A DNA stretch of 64,000 bases from Patescibacteria group bacterium UBA6017 (GTDB taxonomy: Bacteria; Patescibacteriota; Saccharimonadia; UBA4664). The DNA is taken from NCBI GenBank assembly GCA_002429485.1, contig DIZX01000009.1:5461-69460 (forward strand), in the 5' to 3' direction. Positions 1 to 8,901 of the stretch are shown piece after piece. The notes beneath the pieces were generated by a model that was not told the origin of the DNA, did no database searches, and saw only the letters and a program-made list of their open reading frames with translations. The translations under genes and the position numbers were made by a program. Numbering within the stretch: position 1 is the stretch's first letter; every line of letters starts with the position of its first letter.

Positions 1-148
1 CTGCCTCTAGTCCACGAACTTTTTCGAGGTACTCGCTGGTGATAGTGCCAACGGACACCTGGGAAACTTCAAGTTGGCGGCGTTCAATTAATTCAAGAAG
101 CACCCCGAGCGGGCCCTTGAACTCCCCCACTGCAACGGTATGGCTCAT
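1..148 (-). CDS. scpA: Segregation/condensation protein A, N-terminal part (runs off window)
   Basis: Manual translation from ATG at 148: MSHTVAVGEFKGPLGVLLELIERRQLEVSQVSVGTITSEYLEKV, matching the ScpA N-terminal F.GPL.LLL.LI...I..IT..YL pattern. Confidence 0.8.
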   Translation of the reverse strand, partial: MSHTVAVGEFKGPLGVLLELIERRQLEVSQVSVGTITSEYLEKVRGLEA

Positions 149-154
149 AGGCGA

Positions 155-526
155 CTAAACCGTGCCGAGGGTTTCTTTCACGGAATTCACGACATCTTCG
201 AGGGTCACCTGAGACTTGATCAGGTATTTATTGGCCCCAAGGCTTTCGCCGCGCAGGCGATCGGATTCTTGGCTGAGCGCGGTCATCATGATGACTTTAG
301 TATCTTTGGTCTCGGGGGTTGAGCGTAAAATGTCCAACACGTCAAAACCAGAAATTTTCGGCATCATTACGTCCAGGACTATAAGGTCGGGCCGTTCGCG
401 AACCGATGTCGCTAGGGCTTCTTCGCCATCCGAGGCCGTAATGACCTCGTACGCCTCCGCTGCGAACCGTGCAGAATAGATTTCTCGTAAGTTAACATCA
501 TCTTCGACTAAAAGTATTTTTGCCAT
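155..526 (-). CDS. Stand-alone response regulator receiver protein
   Basis: KILLVEDD, PDLIVLDVMMP, MTA and YLIK receiver motifs; no output domain. Confidence 0.93.
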   Translation of the reverse strand: MAKILLVEDDVNLREIYSARFAAEAYEVITASDGEEALATSVRERPDLIVLDVMMPKISGFDVLDILRSTPETKDTKVIMMTALSQESDRLRGESLGANKYLIKSQVTLEDVVNSVKETLGTV

Positions 527-581
527 TGCTGTGATTTTATCTTATCCGGCTTATGCTTGGCAATAGCTAGTTTTACAAGTT

Positions 582-2510
582 TTACCTGATTCGCCGGGAA
601 GCAGACAGATCTGTGCCACGAACGGCCGGCGCTGAGACTGAGGCCTGGCTACTATCCTCCGATCCCGGAATAGGCATTGCAACTGCCGGCAGCGGCTTAG
701 GAGCGTCTACGGGAACTGGAATCGGAGCGGGCGTCGGCTCGGGTGCCGGAGCGGGTGGCGGTACGGATGGAGCGGGCGCAGTATGGTTGGTTTCGGGGGT
801 AACCGTACCGCCCGGCTGCTGGGCGCCGGGGGTTGTGGGAGCTTGCTGCAAGCGCACAACCTCAGCTTCGGTGAGGCGCGGCAGAGTGAAGCGGAAGCTG
901 CTACCCTCGCCCGGCTTTGATTCTACCCAGATTCGTCCGTTATATGCCTCGATCAGGTTGCGGCAAAGGTATAGACCGAGGCCGGTACCGCCGATGGTAC
1001 GGGTAGCCGAGTTATCGATGCGGTAAAACTTTTGGAACAGGTGGGCGATATCTTCTTGGGCGATGCCTACGCCGGTATCGTTGATGCTCACTGTGACTTC
1101 TTTGTCGTTACCTTCCAGCACCACTCTGATGCCGCCTTCGGGCGTAAATTTCATGGCATTATCGATGAGGTTCATTATGACTTCCCGCAGGCGTTCGGGG
1201 TTGGCGGCTACGTAAAATAGCGGCGAAATGGCTTTGCCGGTTTGATTGCCGATCTGGTATACCAGTGTCAGATTCTTCTTTTGGAGCGTGAACTGCATAT
1301 CGTCTACCGCGTGTTCGATGAGTTGGCCGACGTTTGAGGCTTCCATACGCCCGCCCAGCTGACCCTCCTCGGCTTTGGTGACACTCAGAAGGTCGCGGAA
1401 GAGCTCGCCGAGGTGGCCGATTGTGTCGTGAGCTTTGGTGAGGTATTTCATAGCCCGGTCATCGATCGTGGCCACGTTGGCGTTCATGGCTAGCGAAATG
1501 TAGCCTTCGATAGCGGCGACTGGTGTACGCATTTCGTGACTGGCCGTGCTGATGAATTCGTCTTTTTGGCGCCCGACTTCTTTTTCGGCACTGATATCGC
1601 GAAATAGGGCAATAGCACCGTTGGGCTGATGCTTATCGTCGAAAATCGGAGATATCGAAATACTCAACTGAACTTTTCGGCCGCTCCGGGTGGTCATCAC
1701 GAGATTATCTTTCACGACTTCAGCTTGCTTCTTCCAGGACTCCATGAACGGATCATTGAATTCATTTACGGGTTGATCGTCGGAAGTTTTGAGCTGCATT
1801 ACCAGATTGTAATCGATGGATTGGGCGGAAGATTCGTCCCACCCGGTGAGCTCCTGCGCGGCCTTATTGAACAGTTGAATCTTTTTCGTGCTGTCGATCA
1901 CCATTACGCCTTCACCAATACTCGACATGATGGCATCGGCTTTGAGTTGCTCAGTGGTGAGCTGGCCGGCAAGCTTCTCTATTCCGGCGGAATCAGCCCC
2001 TTCCTTGCGACTACGGATGTGGACCCATTCAGCGAGACCCGCGGCGGCAAGCGTGATGCAAAATTGGATGAGGTGGTCAAAGATAAACTGGGTGCTTAGA
2101 CCGTTCATTACAACAACCAGGGCATAATACCCTATCGTTAGGCCAAGTACGGCCAATGATTCGGATAATCCGAAGATACCGGATACCACAATGGCCAGTA
2201 GCCAGAACGAATAGAAGGGTGAATCGAGTCCACCCGTGGAAACGATTACGAGGATGATATTTATGGCCGAAATACAGGTAAGGATCAGTGCCGAAAGTTC
2301 CAGGTGATTGCGACGAAGTACCCGATGTATGGTTGCAAAGTATATTGCAGCAGCCACACCGATCGCGGCTGAGGCAAACAGTAGAGTGGTGTCTGGAATA
2401 AGGGCCGGCGATAAAGTATGGAGGCCAAAAATCACCAAAGCTACACCCGCTCCGAGGCCGGCTTGGAGACGAGCTAAAATCATTAGACTATGAGAGCGTT
2501 GGTTTGACAT
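582..2510 (-). CDS. Membrane PAS-domain sensor histidine kinase
   Basis: Multiple N-terminal TM helices, PAS, H-box ASHEMRTP, N-box NLIDNAMKF, DTGVG and GTGLGL boxes; Pro-rich C-terminal tail. Confidence 0.93.
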   Translation of the reverse strand: MSNQRSHSLMILARLQAGLGAGVALVIFGLHTLSPALIPDTTLLFASAAIGVAAAIYFATIHRVLRRNHLELSALILTCISAINIILVIVSTGGLDSPFYSFWLLAIVVSGIFGLSESLAVLGLTIGYYALVVVMNGLSTQFIFDHLIQFCITLAAAGLAEWVHIRSRKEGADSAGIEKLAGQLTTEQLKADAIMSSIGEGVMVIDSTKKIQLFNKAAQELTGWDESSAQSIDYNLVMQLKTSDDQPVNEFNDPFMESWKKQAEVVKDNLVMTTRSGRKVQLSISISPIFDDKHQPNGAIALFRDISAEKEVGRQKDEFISTASHEMRTPVAAIEGYISLAMNANVATIDDRAMKYLTKAHDTIGHLGELFRDLLSVTKAEEGQLGGRMEASNVGQLIEHAVDDMQFTLQKKNLTLVYQIGNQTGKAISPLFYVAANPERLREVIMNLIDNAMKFTPEGGIRVVLEGNDKEVTVSINDTGVGIAQEDIAHLFQKFYRIDNSATRTIGGTGLGLYLCRNLIEAYNGRIWVESKPGEGSSFRFTLPRLTEAEVVRLQQAPTTPGAQQPGGTVTPETNHTAPAPSVPPPAPAPEPTPAPIPVPVDAPKPLPAVAMPIPGSEDSSQASVSAPAVRGTDLSASRRIR

Positions 2511-2737
2511 CTATCTTATCCGCGAATATAACCCGGCACCATTATGCTTGTGGTTAGATTATGCTCGTATATGCGCTGTCCTGCAACCCACATTGAGGTA
2601 GACAAGCGGCTCTAATCCTGCTATATTTCTATGGTTTTATAGCCATGGTCCACTTACGATCACGGTCCCATACTTTGTATAGGACTGCTTCGCTCGGAAA
2701 GCCCATTGTGCAAGCACATGTGCCTTCACTCGCTCAT

Positions 2738-2812
2738 GGTCCCATCGTCTAGCGGTTAGGACGCTGCCCTCTCACGGCGGTAACAGGAGTTCGATTCTCC
2801 TTGGGACTACCA
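2738..2812 (+). tRNA. tRNA-Glu(CTC)
   Basis: GGTCCCA/TGGGACT acceptor stem, anticodon arm CTGCC-CTCTCAC-GGCGG, T-loop GTTCGATTC, encoded CCA. Confidence 0.95.
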
Positions 2813-2855
2813 TGCAATTATTTACATCAATCTAGACTCTGCGGAGCCTTTTTTG
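2807..2855 (+). repeat. 49 bp direct repeat, copy 1 (tRNA 3' end plus trailer/terminator)
   Basis: CTACCATGCAATTATTTACATCAATCTAGACTCTGCGGAGccTTTTTTG; 48/49 identical to 8102-8150. Confidence 0.93.
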
Positions 2856-2887
2856 TTGCCCCAAAATAGCTTTTTTGAACCCCGGGG

Positions 2888-4330
2888 CTAATTACCTGTT
2901 GATCGCCGGAGTATACGCCCGATCACTTGCTCTGGAGCTGCCTGGGTCGAATCAATACCCGGGAGTAGCTGGAGGCCGCTAACCATAATGCCGTTGTTAG
3001 TAACATTATACCCATCGATGATGTAGGTAGCACTGGCATGCTCAGCCCAAGTCCGGCCAATACTACGATAGTCTTCGGGTTTTGCAACGGTATCGCGGAT
3101 TAATGCGGAGCTGAATGAATCGCGCTCCGGGTCCTCTTCTAGTAAGCGGCGAACATGTTCGTAAAGCTCCTTTAGTTTTGCGATTCTCTCCAGTTCCACC
3201 TCGTGCTCGCCAGGATTTCGGTTCAACTCTTCTTGCCATTTACTTAGTTGGGCGTAGGTGGGGCGAATTGCTAGAGTGAAGTTTGAAAATTTCTCGGCTT
3301 CGTTCTCATGGAACCCGGCGTTTCGCGCGTCCTGGATAAGTAACGCACGGGCGGATTCGGTCACGCCATCTTGGGAGAAGTTTTTATGGTAATATTCATG
3401 GTGCTTAGTGGCATTTTGATAGAGCATTTCAAATTTTCCCGCAATCTCGGTGAGCCCTTCAAGTATTTTAGCAATCGGTGCGTCTTTCTCGAAGGTAATT
3501 TGGTAGCCTTCATTCACTCTTCTGGCGCTTGCATTCCCATCGTTTTGCACGAGCTCAGTGAAGGGCTCCACGTTTACTCCCGCATCTGTTTTGCGAACGA
3601 CAGTCTCTTTTATGGTGCGAGCTATGGGCTCACCAAATTCTTTGTGCAAGAGTGAGCCCCAAGGCGCATAATGGTTGAGCTTTTCAGCGGCGGATAAATT
3701 TGGGTCTCGGGGCGATTCCTGAGCCGTAGACCCAAAATCAATTACATGAAGGTGTCCGTGCTTATTGGTAGGGACACCCCTGCTTCTGCCTGTTAGTAAT
3801 CGCTCCTCGGGCGAGCCATACCCCCATGAGCCCCATATGGTGGGCTTGCCACTGGCATTCGTGACGATGTTGACGGCCTTCTCGGTTTGCTTCGCAATTA
3901 CACTAGCGAAGCTGGCTTGCTGATCAGGGGGCAAAGTAGAAATATGAAGCATATCGGCTTGACCATCCTGATTCGCATCTCTATTTGCCTCTCGCCACCA
4001 AATCAGTAATTGCGCTGAAATAGTATCTACAGCGTCAAGCCCCGGCGTGAACTCCACCTCTCTGCCGAGTACACCCTCGGCTGCATTTTTTAATCGGTCT
4101 TTGGAGAGTTCGGGTTGGATGTGGGGTGAAGGTACGGGCGTTATGCATGCTTCGGCATTGCCTAATCGCTCTATACCGCTGAAGGCTTCGCCTTCAGCAA
4201 ATATATTTTCGCCATCTTTTCGCTCCATTAAGGGCGGTATTACTTCTATAGGGATGCTCCCTCCATGAAGCAGCTCCTTTGCTGAGGCCTCATTTAGTAG
4301 GTCGTGATGATGGGAGTGCATTTCGGGCAT
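2888..4330 (-). CDS. Hypothetical protein with HIT-like histidine triad motif
   Basis: 480 aa ORF with GAGG SD; KHGHLHVI fits HxHxHxx; remainder not recognised. Confidence 0.55.
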   Translation of the reverse strand: MPEMHSHHHDLLNEASAKELLHGGSIPIEVIPPLMERKDGENIFAEGEAFSGIERLGNAEACITPVPSPHIQPELSKDRLKNAAEGVLGREVEFTPGLDAVDTISAQLLIWWREANRDANQDGQADMLHISTLPPDQQASFASVIAKQTEKAVNIVTNASGKPTIWGSWGYGSPEERLLTGRSRGVPTNKHGHLHVIDFGSTAQESPRDPNLSAAEKLNHYAPWGSLLHKEFGEPIARTIKETVVRKTDAGVNVEPFTELVQNDGNASARRVNEGYQITFEKDAPIAKILEGLTEIAGKFEMLYQNATKHHEYYHKNFSQDGVTESARALLIQDARNAGFHENEAEKFSNFTLAIRPTYAQLSKWQEELNRNPGEHEVELERIAKLKELYEHVRRLLEEDPERDSFSSALIRDTVAKPEDYRSIGRTWAEHASATYIIDGYNVTNNGIMVSGLQLLPGIDSTQAAPEQVIGRILRRSTGN

Positions 4331-4435
4331 GTGTGGAACCTCTTTTTGATTGAAGTATATTACCGTCGTAGCCTATACTGTTTCAGGTTAATTCAGAATA
4401 TTTTTTAAACCCAATTCCGCTAGGCTAGTCTATCT

Positions 4436-5521
4436 ATGAATACAATATATTGTAGGGGCTATGTAAAACATAGCTACCCTATCCATCTTTCCGTGCAAGC
4501 TGAATTCGATGATTTCTTCGACCTTCTTCCGCCTTCTCAGAACTGCTTTGTAGTTGTTGATGAGAAACTTTTAGAGCTTTTTCCAAAGTTAGTTTTAAGG
4601 CTTAAGCAAAGCCAGGCACGTATAATACCCATCGCGTGTACCGAACAAAACAAATCTTTGGATGGACTAACGATGATATTTGAAGAAGTTTTTTCACACA
4701 AGCCCAATCGAGACGATATTTTAATAGCGATAGGTGGCGGATTAATCACGAATCTGGGTGGGCTTGCTGCTTCTTTGATTATGCGGGGAATGCGTTTTTA
4801 TTACGTACCGACAACTCTAACTGGTCAAATCGATGCATCTATCGGCTCAAAACAGGCGATTAATTATAGCGGGGCAAAGAACTGGCTGGGGATGTATAAC
4901 GACCCAGAGTTTTGCTACGTTAATCCTAACTTTCTCACTACAAAACCGATAGATGAGCTTAATTCTGAGATGATCGAGGGGGTAAAGTTATGTCTGGCTA
5001 CGGATAAGCAATTGTTCTACCGGGTTCTCGATGAAATTAATGGTTTTCGTGAGCGAGACCCCCAATCGCTGGCTTCGTTTGTAGAGAAGATGATTAAAGC
5101 TAAGGTGGCGGTAGTCGAAAGAGATTTGCTCGAAGAGGATTATGGCATGAGTATGCTGTACGGCCATACGCTTGGCCACGCGATTGAGATGCTCGATCAT
5201 GAGCATTTAAGCCACGGTGAGGCAGTGGGCTTGGGGATGTTAGCAGCCGCACGGATGGCATGCAAGTTGGGGCTAGCGAAAGAAAGCCTGATAACACTTC
5301 ATCAACAGATATTGCAAAAACTTGGTCTCCCAGCCGTGATACCCGGCCATCTTGTGCCTTCCGAGATATATGCAAAGCTCGGTCATAATAAAAAGAATTA
5401 TGGCGGCAAAGTCCGGTTTGTTCTTTTACGGGATGTTGGGGAAATGGCTAAGAACGGGGGCGAATACTATACAGTTGTCCCAGAAAACATCATTATGCAG
5501 TCAATCAAAGAAGGATTCTAG
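4436..5521 (+). CDS. Sugar-phosphate cyclase (DHQS superfamily), 2-deoxy-scyllo-inosose synthase-like
   Basis: GGGLITNLGG, RG...VPTT, IGSKQAIN, KN, YGHTLGHAIE, HGEAV; Asn after GGG and KQA resemble BtrC/DOIS more than AroB. Confidence 0.75.
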   Translation: MNTIYCRGYVKHSYPIHLSVQAEFDDFFDLLPPSQNCFVVVDEKLLELFPKLVLRLKQSQARIIPIACTEQNKSLDGLTMIFEEVFSHKPNRDDILIAIGGGLITNLGGLAASLIMRGMRFYYVPTTLTGQIDASIGSKQAINYSGAKNWLGMYNDPEFCYVNPNFLTTKPIDELNSEMIEGVKLCLATDKQLFYRVLDEINGFRERDPQSLASFVEKMIKAKVAVVERDLLEEDYGMSMLYGHTLGHAIEMLDHEHLSHGEAVGLGMLAAARMACKLGLAKESLITLHQQILQKLGLPAVIPGHLVPSEIYAKLGHNKKNYGGKVRFVLLRDVGEMAKNGGEYYTVVPENIIMQSIKEGF

Positions 5522-6292
5522 ATGGAGTTTGAGAACAAGACGGTAATTGTTACCGGTGCCAACAAGGGTATAGGCAAGGTAATCGCGTTATATTTTTATG
5601 AGAATGGTGCGAATGTCGTATTTGCAGTTCGCAATCCTACGAGCCTATCACTTCCCGAGGATGTTGCCTCCTCAAAGAGAGTCTTGGTTACTGCGACCGA
5701 TGTAACAAATGAGAACCTGATTAGGGCCATGGTAGCTAAGGCTATCGAGGCCTACGGTACAATCGACATTCTCGTGAATAATGCTGGCGTTGATCAGCCC
5801 ATGCCCCTCCTCGACATCACTGAAGAGCATCTGGACTACGTATGGGATGCCAATGTTAAGGGACTCGTGATGTGCTCAAAGCATGTTGCAAAGGAAATGG
5901 TGAAACAAAAATCTGGAAAGGTTATTAACCTCTCTTCTATCGCGGGCAAGGAAGGTTCGCTATATCACATTGCGTATGTTTCATCGAAGCACGCGGTTAT
6001 TGGCATCACCAAGTGCATGGCTCGTGAGCTGATACCGTACGGGATTACGGTGAACGCAGTATGCCCAGGCCTTATTGATACCGACATGCTCCAGAACTTC
6101 TTTAAGGAATATTCGAAGCTTACCGGTACAAGCGCCGATGAGGAGCTAAGCAAAATGATTGAGGCGACGCCACGCGGAAGAATGGGTGAACCCCAGGATG
6201 TCGCTGAGCTAGTTGGCTTTTTGGCTTCTGACAGGGCCGCTAATATCGTGGGTCACGCTATCAGTACCGATGGCGGAATATTACAGCACTAG
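5522..6292 (+). CDS. Short-chain dehydrogenase/reductase
   Basis: TGANKGIG, NNAG, YVSSK, VNAVCPG motifs; abuts the cyclase stop codon. Confidence 0.93.
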   Translation: MEFENKTVIVTGANKGIGKVIALYFYENGANVVFAVRNPTSLSLPEDVASSKRVLVTATDVTNENLIRAMVAKAIEAYGTIDILVNNAGVDQPMPLLDITEEHLDYVWDANVKGLVMCSKHVAKEMVKQKSGKVINLSSIAGKEGSLYHIAYVSSKHAVIGITKCMARELIPYGITVNAVCPGLIDTDMLQNFFKEYSKLTGTSADEELSKMIEATPRGRMGEPQDVAELVGFLASDRAANIVGHAISTDGGILQH

Positions 6293-6299
6293 GACGCAT

Positions 6300-7370
6300 A
6301 TGAAATTACGTATTACTGCGCCCATGCGCGTGGATATCGGCGGAGGGGTGACCGATGTTCCGCAGTTTAGCGAAGAAATTGGAACAGCCGTTGTAAACAT
6401 TGCTCTGGACCTCTACAAGGACCCTGGCTTTACGCTGCCCGCAAATGTGGGCGTTGAAATCTCCGACACACAAAGGGTTGAAAATAGGCTGTTCTTTAAT
6501 GATCGACAGTATGGATTCGATTCTCGGCCTGGTGAAGATCTGTACTTTATCAAGAAGATAATTCTTAAACAGTTAAGCAGTGCTGCATCGGCGAGAAACT
6601 TTGATATTGCCATTTTTAATACCTTACCTCCAGGTACAGGACTAGGGGGTAGTGCTGTATTGTCGCTGTGCCTTTTTACTGCACTACAGCTTTTTTACGC
6701 GCGTCGCAATTCGCGGCCTTCCCCTAGAGTCATACTGGAAGCACACGAATTTGAAACGATAGATTTAGGCATTAAAGGCGGATTTCAAGACTATATAGCG
6801 GCATATTTTGGAGGTTGCAATTATATTAACTTCCCCTCTCTTGCCAAATCTGAACTCGTGAAAGCGTCAACGCTAGGCCTAACAATCCCCTCTCATATTG
6901 AGCAGTTTCTTAATGAGAGTATGCTTGTAGTGATTTTGAACGAAGAGACTATCAGCTCAAGCCAGATCGTACAGGACGAGGTAGAAAACTTTTATGCAGA
7001 CAAGCAGGGGGTTGGGGCGCATTTACTTGCGATCAAGGAACATAACGCTAAGCTATACGAGATTATGTACCAAAAGAAAATAAGTGATATGCCGTCTGCT
7101 ATTGGTGTTGAAATGAACCAAAGCTGGGCTCACCATAAACAGTTAAGTAGTCTGATAGCTCGCAGCCTCCTCAAAGATATTGAAAAGACGGTACAGCCAC
7201 TGACCTACGGACTCCGGGGGCCGGGTGCTGCCGGTAATAGCTTGTTTTTGCTCGCCAAGCCGGAAAACAAAGATGAGGTTATCGCGTATCTGTCTTCGCT
7301 TAGCCACGAGATAACCGTCCTCTACCCACAGGTCAATCAGACTGGCTTGCGTGTGATAAGCGTTGAGTAG
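6300..7370 (+). CDS. GHMP-family sugar kinase (HddA/fucokinase-like)
   Basis: APMRVDIGGGVTDV, LPPGTGLGGS, GGFQDYIAAYFGG; start set at ATG 6300. Confidence 0.85.
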   Translation: MKLRITAPMRVDIGGGVTDVPQFSEEIGTAVVNIALDLYKDPGFTLPANVGVEISDTQRVENRLFFNDRQYGFDSRPGEDLYFIKKIILKQLSSAASARNFDIAIFNTLPPGTGLGGSAVLSLCLFTALQLFYARRNSRPSPRVILEAHEFETIDLGIKGGFQDYIAAYFGGCNYINFPSLAKSELVKASTLGLTIPSHIEQFLNESMLVVILNEETISSSQIVQDEVENFYADKQGVGAHLLAIKEHNAKLYEIMYQKKISDMPSAIGVEMNQSWAHHKQLSSLIARSLLKDIEKTVQPLTYGLRGPGAAGNSLFLLAKPENKDEVIAYLSSLSHEITVLYPQVNQTGLRVISVE

Positions 7371-7376
7371 ATATCC

Positions 7377-7955
7377 CTACAGCCCCAACTTCCTCAATGC
7401 GAAGAGGGCAGCGACGAGAGAGTCCGCTACTTCAAACTCCCCCCCCTCAATAAGCTGGATAAGCTCTTCAGGAGTTTTGAGATGAACACGGGTGGGCTCA
7501 TTTTCATCATCTTGTTTTACGCCGGTGGGCTGCGCGTTTTTGGCCATGAACAGATGATGATAGCCGGACATCTTAGTGGGGTAGGCCGCACTTTTAGACA
7601 AGAATGTGACATCGTCGCTGGTGTACCCGGTTTCCTCTTCCATTTCACGCCGTGCGGCCGCCTCGGGGTTCTCGTCTTTATCTAATCCTCCGGCCGGGAA
7701 CTGATACATATTCTTGCCTACCCCGTGACGATATTGCTCGCAAATGACGAATTTACCATCGGTGGTGAAGGGGACAATGGTAGCAATATTGGGCGATTCC
7801 CAGACAAAGTAGTCATTTACAGTTTTGCCGGACGGTAATTGGACTTCATCTTTGCGTACGGGGAACCAGCGCTCATTTAAAGCCATGCTCGTCGAGAGAA
7901 CCTTCCAGGGTTTGATTTCGGGGTCGTTTTGAGGAGAAGAGAGATTGTTCGTCAT
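7377..7955 (-). CDS. Nudix hydrolase (ADP-ribose/NDP-sugar pyrophosphatase-like)
   Basis: Nudix box GGLDKDENPEAAARREMEEETGY and QYRH motif. Confidence 0.9.
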   Translation of the reverse strand: MTNNLSSPQNDPEIKPWKVLSTSMALNERWFPVRKDEVQLPSGKTVNDYFVWESPNIATIVPFTTDGKFVICEQYRHGVGKNMYQFPAGGLDKDENPEAAARREMEEETGYTSDDVTFLSKSAAYPTKMSGYHHLFMAKNAQPTGVKQDDENEPTRVHLKTPEELIQLIEGGEFEVADSLVAALFALRKLGL

Positions 7956-8101
7956 GACCAGATTATACATGTTTGCATCGGCCTGTAGACGAACAAGGTT
8001 CTAGTAGCCGCTGGTAGTACTCATAGGGGATGACTGACCGAGAACTTTGTACTAGGCAATCAATTCCCTCTTGATAAGGTTCCAATTCGAAATACGGTAG
8101 T

Positions 8102-8150
8102 CTACCATGCAATTATTTACATCAATCTAGACTCTGCGGAGTCTTTTTTG
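8102..8150 (+). repeat. 49 bp direct repeat, copy 2, with terminator hairpin
   Basis: Matches 2807-2855; AGACTC-TGCG-GAGTCT followed by a T-tract. Confidence 0.93.
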
Positions 8151-8238
8151 ATGTCCGCGTCAATTATTAATTGAATTGCTCCCTCTCTGGCGCCGGAATA
8201 TTTTGATCTCCGTATAGCAATGATTATGGGTCGTTCTA

Positions 8239-8267
8239 TTGACATATCATACTTCTTATGTTAATAT
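8239..8267 (+). promoter_or_regulatory. Sigma70-type promoter
   Basis: TTGACA-N17-TAATAT with TG extension, upstream of GGAGG SD and ATG 8327. Confidence 0.6.
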
Positions 8268-8326
8268 CTTTTTTGTTCGATACCTAGACAACCCGCGTTT
8301 TCGTTAACGTTCCTGGAGGCAACCCA

Positions 8327-8644
8327 ATGATTGTCCTGTCCGCCCTGATCGACATCATTCTGTTCGTTTTCTTTTGCTCAGTTTGCACTGAGCTGGAGGA
8401 GGCTCCGGCCTCGATCAACAACGGAACCAACTTGGGCATCATCGCCCTTATGTTCGCCATTCCGGCGTTCTTGTGCGGCGATGGCTGGAACAAAACCCTC
8501 GTGCTGGGTCTTCTGGTTCTCACCGCCTGCGGGATCTCGATCCTTGTGGGTCTCAAGCGTCACGGAGTGGGTCCTTACACCAAGAGGTCCGGGCACTGCG
8601 ATTGCTGCCCACTCAGTGCTGCTGCCCAGTCGCCTATCGTCTAG
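8327..8644 (+). CDS. Small Cys-rich membrane protein, hypothetical
   Basis: GGAGG SD, promoter, about three hydrophobic segments. Confidence 0.55.
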   Translation: MIVLSALIDIILFVFFCSVCTELEEAPASINNGTNLGIIALMFAIPAFLCGDGWNKTLVLGLLVLTACGISILVGLKRHGVGPYTKRSGHCDCCPLSAAAQSPIV

Positions 8645-8901
8645 GTCGAGCACCCTAGGTATCCAGTTTCCTCACCCGAAGCTGTAATGCCTAGGGGCAA
8701 CACCCGAATGTTCAATCTGTTAATTGAACCTTCAGGTGCTGTTGAATAGGTTCTATCCCCTGGTGGAAATACTGGAGTAGCGTTTATTACGTAGGCTGCA
8801 GAATGCGGTTAATTGGTCTAGCAGTATTGAAAGGATGCCGTAGTTATGTTATAATATGCCGGAGAGCAGTGCTGGTATCTTCACAACTAAGGAGTGTTCC
8901 C

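Larger units (their letters stand above)
2807..8150. mobile_element. tRNA-Glu-integrated cargo cassette / genomic islet without integrase
   Basis: Bounded by the 49 bp direct repeat beginning at the tRNA CCA end; visibly more AT-rich than the backbone; five cargo genes. Confidence 0.8.

Noticed and set aside
2645-2737. Small hairpins upstream of tRNA-Glu as a second tRNA or ncRNA
   Set aside because: No cloverleaf, T-loop or recognisable family; probably precursor leader
4436-5521. Calling the cyclase aroB
   Set aside because: Signature residues differ from AroB and the context is a mobile cassette without shikimate genes
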